Positions 35,049-40,000 of a DNA stretch of 40,000 nt are shown piece by piece. Below the pieces are notes generated by a model, which was not told the origin of the DNA, searched no databases, and saw only the letters and a list, made by a program, of their open reading frames with translations. The first letter of the stretch is position 1. Each line of letters begins with the position of its first letter. Source of the DNA: Gammaproteobacteria bacterium (lineage in GTDB: Bacteria; Pseudomonadota; Gammaproteobacteria; GCA-002705445; GCA-002716945); NCBI GenBank assembly GCA_045561295.1, contig JBJKYD010000015.1:9888-49887 (forward strand), read 5' to 3'. The position numbers and the translations under genes are program-made.

Positions 35049-36483
35049 TTTAGTACATTTAGAAAAATTCATTATTAGTAACTCAAAAAGGGCTATTAAA
35101 TTTAGTGATAGGTTTTGTATAGATTCTAGAAAAGTTAAATCAGGGCAGATTTTCATATCCATTGATTCTGATGAATCAAAAAATTTTAAAAATATAAAAA
35201 ATGCAATATCTAATGGAGCATCAGGATTTGTTACGCAATTTTTATACAAACGAAGTGACCTAAAGACTTCTATACCTTTTTTAATTCAAAAAAACTTAGA
35301 TAATCTTTTTCATATGTTGTTTAATGTTGATCTCATAGGATATAAACATAAAGTTAAAACTATAGGTATCACGGGTACAAATGGTAAAACATCTTCTGTT
35401 TTATTATTAGCACAATCATTAACCTATTTAAAAAAGAAAGTGGGGGTAATAACAAGCGAGGGATGCGGAATCTATCCCGCATTAGTGGATAGTGATTATA
35501 CAACCCCACCTATTGACGTAATCTATAAATATTATAGAAATTTTGTCTCTAAGAAATGTGATTATATTATTATTGAATGTTCATCACAAGGTTTACATCA
35601 AGGAAGAGTAAAGGGCTTAGCATTTGACTATGCGTGCATAACAAATATCCATAGTGATCATCTTGATTATCATAAAACAATCAAAAACTATTCTAATTCG
35701 AAACTATCTATATTGAAACAAAGTAAAAAAGCTATTTTAAATTATGATTCATCCATACTTATGAAAAACAATTTCAGTAAATATAGAAATCTAGAGTGTT
35801 TTTATTTTTCAAAATCAAGGTATAAAAATAAGAAAATTATATCAAAACATATGAAAGATAATAAAATATTAATAAATAACCATGTTGTTACTTTTGACGA
35901 AGCTAATAAAAATCATTTTAATATTTATTCTTTATTGATGATTTGCTCAATATTAAAACTTGAAAATTATGGTATAAAACTAATTAACTCATCCATTACC
36001 GCTCTTCGTGAATTGTCGGGCAGAAGGCAAGTTATAAGAACCAGAAGTAAAGGTACTTTTATAATTGATTATGCGCATACAGTACAGTCTTTCAGAGACA
36101 TCTATAAAGAATTTAAATCATATAATCACATAACTACACTTTTTGGTTGTGGAGGAGATCGCGATCCATCAAAAAGAGCTATTATTGGAAAAATTGTTGA
36201 TAGTAATTCCTCGTTTTCAATAATAACTGAAGATAATTCACGTAACGAAAAACTCTCTTCAATAGTTAACAATATAACCTCTGGTTTTAATGATAGAAAA
36301 AGGTATATTATTATCAAGTCGCGCAAAACAGCAATAAAACATCTATTTACCTATTCATCAAAAAAACATATTAATTTTATACTAGGCAAAGGAAATGAGA
36401 GTTATCTCATTAAGAATAGTTCAAAAGTAAAACATAATGATATCATTTATTTAAATAATCTTATCAATAACTATGAATCTTAG
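35029..36483 (+). CDS. murE: UDP-N-acetylmuramoyl-L-alanyl-D-glutamate--2,6-diaminopimelate ligase
   Basis: Mur ligase P-loop GITGTNGKTS. Also has DSRKV..G.IF and GCGGDRD..KR near the C-terminal domain (I did not confirm the DNPR motif by eye). In the position after ftsI. Confidence 0.85.
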   Translation: MLITDNNLVHLEKFIISNSKRAIKFSDRFCIDSRKVKSGQIFISIDSDESKNFKNIKNAISNGASGFVTQFLYKRSDLKTSIPFLIQKNLDNLFHMLFNVDLIGYKHKVKTIGITGTNGKTSSVLLLAQSLTYLKKKVGVITSEGCGIYPALVDSDYTTPPIDVIYKYYRNFVSKKCDYIIIECSSQGLHQGRVKGLAFDYACITNIHSDHLDYHKTIKNYSNSKLSILKQSKKAILNYDSSILMKNNFSKYRNLECFYFSKSRYKNKKIISKHMKDNKILINNHVVTFDEANKNHFNIYSLLMICSILKLENYGIKLINSSITALRELSGRRQVIRTRSKGTFIIDYAHTVQSFRDIYKEFKSYNHITTLFGCGGDRDPSKRAIIGKIVDSNSSFSIITEDNSRNEKLSSIVNNITSGFNDRKRYIIIKSRKTAIKHLFTYSSKKHINFILGKGNESYLIKNSSKVKHNDIIYLNNLINNYES

Positions 36484-37802
36484 AGTATCAGATGTAGCCG
36501 AGTATTTATCTTCTTCTTTTGAAGGAACCGACAGAGTAATCAGCAAAATAGTTATCGATAGTAGAGAAGTCAAAAGAGGAGATCTTTTCTTGGCTATCTC
36601 TGGAATCAATAATGATGGACATAAATATATAACAGATGCGATTGATAAGGGAGCAGCTTGTATAATATGTGAAAAGCCTCATAATTTTATATCTTCGTCT
36701 ACTCCAATTATAATCGTTAAAAATTCCATTCAAGCGCTGGGTAATATAGCTAAAAAATATAAAAATAAAATAGGTCAACCACATACCATTGGAATTACAG
36801 GCACTAATGGCAAAACTACAGTAACAAAATTATGTACATCTATACTAAGTACTTCATTTAGAACAAGTGCAACAATAGGAAACTATAATAATGAAATAGG
36901 ACTACCATTATCAGTTCTGAATGCTTCCAATGAAACAGAGAAATGTATTTACGAGCATGGGGCAAGTAAAAAAAATGATATAAACTATTTAACTAAAATC
37001 TCGCAACCAGATTTGACCACCTTATTGAACGTCTCAGAGGCTCATATGGAGTCATTTAAAAGTATGGAAAATCTTATCCAAACAAAAGAAGAGATATTTT
37101 CTCATCCTAGAACTAAGCATATAATTCTTAATATAGACGATGCAAATTTCTCACGATGGCAAAAACTTAATGAGGGTAAGAAAATAACAACTCTATCTTT
37201 AATAGGCAATGCAGATTATGTTATGAAATCTGATGAGGCGGACTATTGTGTGTTGACACCGCATGGTGAGTTTAATGTTGATAAAGATTACACTACTAAC
37301 ATATTACCAATAAATATACTATTTAGCGTAGCAATAACAATGGAATCTGGTTCTACTATTGATGATGTAATTAATGGTTTAAAATCATTTTCTGGAATTG
37401 AGGGTCGGTTTTATACACTCTACTCAAAGAATAAATCTATGATTATTGATGACTCATACAATGCTAACCCCGAATCTATGAAGTCTGCTTTGCGTCAATT
37501 AGCTAGTTATAGTAAGAACAGGATCTTTGTTATGGGAGATATGGGGGAGTTAGGTATAAATTCTCAAAAACACCATCAATCAATATTTCAACTCTCAAAG
37601 CAATTAGGTATAGAATATTTATTTTATATGGGAGAATATAGGAGAAGATGCCGAACAAATATTTGGTGAGAATTGCTATACTTCAGATAACATGGATGAG
37701 ATAGTACAAAAGCTTAAAAAAACCTCAGGCGAAGATTCAACTATCTTGGTAAAAGCATCGCGTTTTATGAATTTTGATTACATCGTAAAGGAGTTAAAAT
37801 AG
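36473..37802 (+). CDS. murF: UDP-N-acetylmuramoyl-tripeptide--D-alanyl-D-alanine ligase, reading frame broken by a +1 shift near 37637-37647
   Basis: IDSREVKRGDLFLAI, GITGTNGKTT, DDSYNANP and MGELG motifs lie in frame A, which stops at 37669. The missing MurF C-terminus (..EDAEQIFGENCY....DSTILVKASRFMNFDYIVKELK) is intact in frame +1 and ends at 37802, 3 nt before mraY. Confidence 0.85.
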
Positions 37803-37805
37803 AAA

Positions 37806-38891
37806 ATGCTTCTGAGTTTCTTTGAATATCTTTCTCAATACAATTCAGGTTTTAATGTCTTTCAATATTTGACATTGAGAACAGTAATGGGCGCAGGGAC
37901 TTCTCTTATAATTTCTCTTATTCTTGGTCCTTACATTATTTCTTACCTTAAGAATAAACAATTCTATCAATCTATACGTGCAGATGGTCCTAAAAGTCAT
38001 CTAGATGATAAAAATACAACTCCAACAATGGGCGGGATTATAATTATATCTTCTGTAGTTATATCAACTACTTTATGGGCCGATTTATCTAATAACTATA
38101 TACTAATACTATTATTTGGAATACTTGGATTTGGTGCTATTGGTTTTTATGATGACTATAAGAAACTTATAAAAAGAAATAGTGATGGCATAAAGGGAAG
38201 ATTAAAACTTCTCCTGCAAATAACATTTGCTTTAGTTATAACGCTATTTTTGTATTTCTTTATGGATACTGGAAGTATTGAATCAGTTTTCCCTTTTTTA
38301 AAAGCAAATAGTTTTTATTTAGGAATACTTTTTATACCATGGTCAATTTTTATATTGGTTGGATCATCAAATGCAGTCAACTTAACTGATGGGTTAGATG
38401 GACTTGCTATATTGCCTTGTATTTTAATTGCATCAGCTTTTGTTATTTTTTCATATGTTCATGGGAATATAAATATTTCATCATATTTATTGATACCATA
38501 TATTGAAGGTAGCGGAGAAGTTGCTATTTTTGCTGCGTCACTTGTTGGAGCAGGATTAGGATTCCTTTGGTTTAACTCATACCCCGCAGAAATATTTATG
38601 GGCGATTGTGGTTCCTTATCATTAGGAAGTTCCTTAGGGCTATTAGCAATCATACTTAAGCAAGAACTAGCGTTTGCAATCATGAGCGGTATCTTTGTGG
38701 CTGAAGCACTCTCTGTAATTATACAAGTTGCATCGTTTAAATTAAGAAAAGGAAAGAGAATTTTTAAGATGGCACCACTTCATCATCATTATGAATTATC
38801 AGGGTTATCCGAACCAAAAATAATTATGAGGTTTTGGATTATTACGTTCATATTAGTACTAATCGCCTTGGCTACACTTAAAATTAGATGA
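37806..38891 (+). CDS. mraY: Phospho-N-acetylmuramoyl-pentapeptide transferase
   Basis: Polytopic membrane protein with PTMGG, DD..K, NAVNLTDGLDGLA and MAPLHHH motifs. Confidence 0.9.
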   Translation: MLLSFFEYLSQYNSGFNVFQYLTLRTVMGAGTSLIISLILGPYIISYLKNKQFYQSIRADGPKSHLDDKNTTPTMGGIIIISSVVISTTLWADLSNNYILILLFGILGFGAIGFYDDYKKLIKRNSDGIKGRLKLLLQITFALVITLFLYFFMDTGSIESVFPFLKANSFYLGILFIPWSIFILVGSSNAVNLTDGLDGLAILPCILIASAFVIFSYVHGNINISSYLLIPYIEGSGEVAIFAASLVGAGLGFLWFNSYPAEIFMGDCGSLSLGSSLGLLAIILKQELAFAIMSGIFVAEALSVIIQVASFKLRKGKRIFKMAPLHHHYELSGLSEPKIIMRFWIITFILVLIALATLKIR

Positions 38892-40000
38892 ATATATATC
38901 AAGACTCCTTTCTCATACTGGGGAAAGGCATGACTTATCAAAACTGCAGAGAGTTTTTTGATAAAGAATCTGTTTCCTATGAAGCGCTAGAGACAAGTGA
39001 AATACTTGATATAAAAGATCGTCATTTAATTCTTAAAAATAAAAAAATAAATTTAGATAATATTGATTATTTTATTATTAGCCCTGGAATTTCAAAGAAA
39101 AATTCTATCTTGAAAAAACTTATACTACTTAAATGCAATATAACTACAGATATAGAAATTCTTCAAACTATCACAAAATTAAAATGCGTATGTATTACCG
39201 GTACAAATGGTAAGACATCAACTATAAACTTAATATCAGACATATTAAATAGTAATAATATCAAAACTTTAGCATGCGGCAATAATGGTGTATCCATATT
39301 TAAATCCCTTGAGGATAATTATGATTTTATAGTCCTAGAGCTATCAAGCTACCAATTAGAATATATTAAAAACCTAGATTCTCATATATCTGCTATTTTG
39401 AATCTATCGCCTGATCACCTAGAAAGACATGGAACGTTGAAAAATTACTTCAAAACAAAATTAAAAATATTTGACAACGCAAAGTATAAAATAATAAATA
39501 ATAATCTAGAATATTCTAAAAAAGACATTACATTTGATGTAAAGAATAATTCGATATATATTAATAACAGGTCTATAGAAAATTTAGTATTCAAAAACTA
39601 TAATTTCATCTCATACAAAGATGAAGAGCATGAGATTAATGGCAGGCACGAGGCTTACAACTTATCTGCATGTATTGCAGTTTTAAGTGTATTGGGATTG
39701 TCAATAGATGAGATAATACTCGGATTTTCTAAACGAGCTCATTTATCACATCGACTGGAAAGATTCTGTACTTATGATGGCATTACATACATCAATGATT
39801 CAAAATCAACTAATTCAGATTCAACGTTAAATGCATTAGAGTCTGTAGATGAAAATATTGTATTGATTATGGGAGGAGACAAGAAAAAGATTTCTTATGA
39901 TTCATTAAAAAATATAATTAATAATAAAGTCAAATTATTAATACTAATTGGAGACAATAGACAATATATCAATAATCAATTATCTGTGAAGGTAGATACT
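38888..40000 (+). CDS. murD: UDP-N-acetylmuramoylalanine--D-glutamate ligase, 3' partial (runs off window)
   Basis: Not in the ORF track because no stop lies in the window. Hand translation gives MNIYQDSFLILGKGMTYQ...CITGTNGKTST...VLELSSYQLE...LNLSPDHLERHG. ATGA overlap with mraY. Confidence 0.85.
   Translation, partial: MNIYQDSFLILGKGMTYQNCREFFDKESVSYEALETSEILDIKDRHLILKNKKINLDNIDYFIISPGISKKNSILKKLILLKCNITTDIEILQTITKLKCVCITGTNGKTSTINLISDILNSNNIKTLACGNNGVSIFKSLEDNYDFIVLELSSYQLEYIKNLDSHISAILNLSPDHLERHGTLKNYFKTKLKIFDNAKYKIINNNLEYSKKDITFDVKNNSIYINNRSIENLVFKNYNFISYKDEEHEINGRHEAYNLSACIAVLSVLGLSIDEIILGFSKRAHLSHRLERFCTYDGITYINDSKSTNSDSTLNALESVDENIVLIMGGDKKKISYDSLKNIINNKVKLLILIGDNRQYINNQLSVKVDT

Noticed and set aside
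37628-37650. Programmed +1 ribosomal frameshift in murF (SD-like GGGAG upstream of TAT-AGG-AGA-AGA)
   Set aside because: The resemblance to prfB-type sites is superficial. There is no in-frame stop or hungry codon at the shift point, since AGA appears to be the common Arg codon here. There is no slippery P-site re-pairing, and a second unrelated gene needs the same +1 correction. An indel is more economical.
1-40000. Search for CRISPR arrays, IS elements, prophage genes, toxin-antitoxin pairs, and tRNA or rRNA genes
   Set aside because: I found no regularly spaced repeats, terminal inverted repeats, transposase or integrase-like ORFs, or cloverleaf-capable segments by eye. The only RNA gene recognised is rnpB.

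Overview
AT-rich, tightly packed proteobacterial chromosome segment. Many neighbouring genes share ATGA or TAATG stop/start overlaps. The FtsZ tail DIPAFLRQQAD and the dcw gene content look gamma/beta-proteobacterial. No tRNA, rRNA, CRISPR array, transposase or integrase was seen. There are four blocks. (1) 1-9.46 kb is visibly less AT-rich. It encodes an AlkB/XylM-type membrane di-iron hydroxylase (5' end cut by the window), a 59-aa ferredoxin-like ORF missing from the ORF track, a frameshifted GST-like gene, a XylA-type 2Fe-2S/FAD/NAD reductase, a small membrane protein and a FadL/TodX/XylN-type outer-membrane channel. These are followed by an SBP56-family methanethiol oxidase (MtoX), a SCO1/SenC-MauG fusion and a TlpA-like thioredoxin. 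(2) 9.47-28.0 kb is a near-complete tetrahydromethanopterin (H4MPT)/methylofuran-linked formaldehyde-oxidation island. It holds fhcB-A-D-C, mptG, mtdB, mch, fae, three ATP-grasp genes, and CitG-like, HisA-like, hydantoinase-like, PabB-like, MfnB-like, DUF447, DHPS-like and AfpA-like genes, plus mobA. (3) 28.1-30.2 kb holds dusA, a methyltransferase and the RNase P RNA. (4) 30.3-40 kb is a dcw cluster with non-canonical content: mraZ, a 64-aa J-domain ORF, rsmH, ftsL, ftsZ (out of its usual place), ftsI (no canonical start covering its membrane anchor), murE, murF (+1 frame break), mraY and partial murD. The best candidate for an undescribed system is the XylMA/XylN-like hydroxylase module directly upstream of mtoX and next to the formaldehyde-oxidation island. 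The rearranged dcw cluster with its embedded J-domain gene comes second. All functional calls rest on motif and family recognition by eye. No searches were run.
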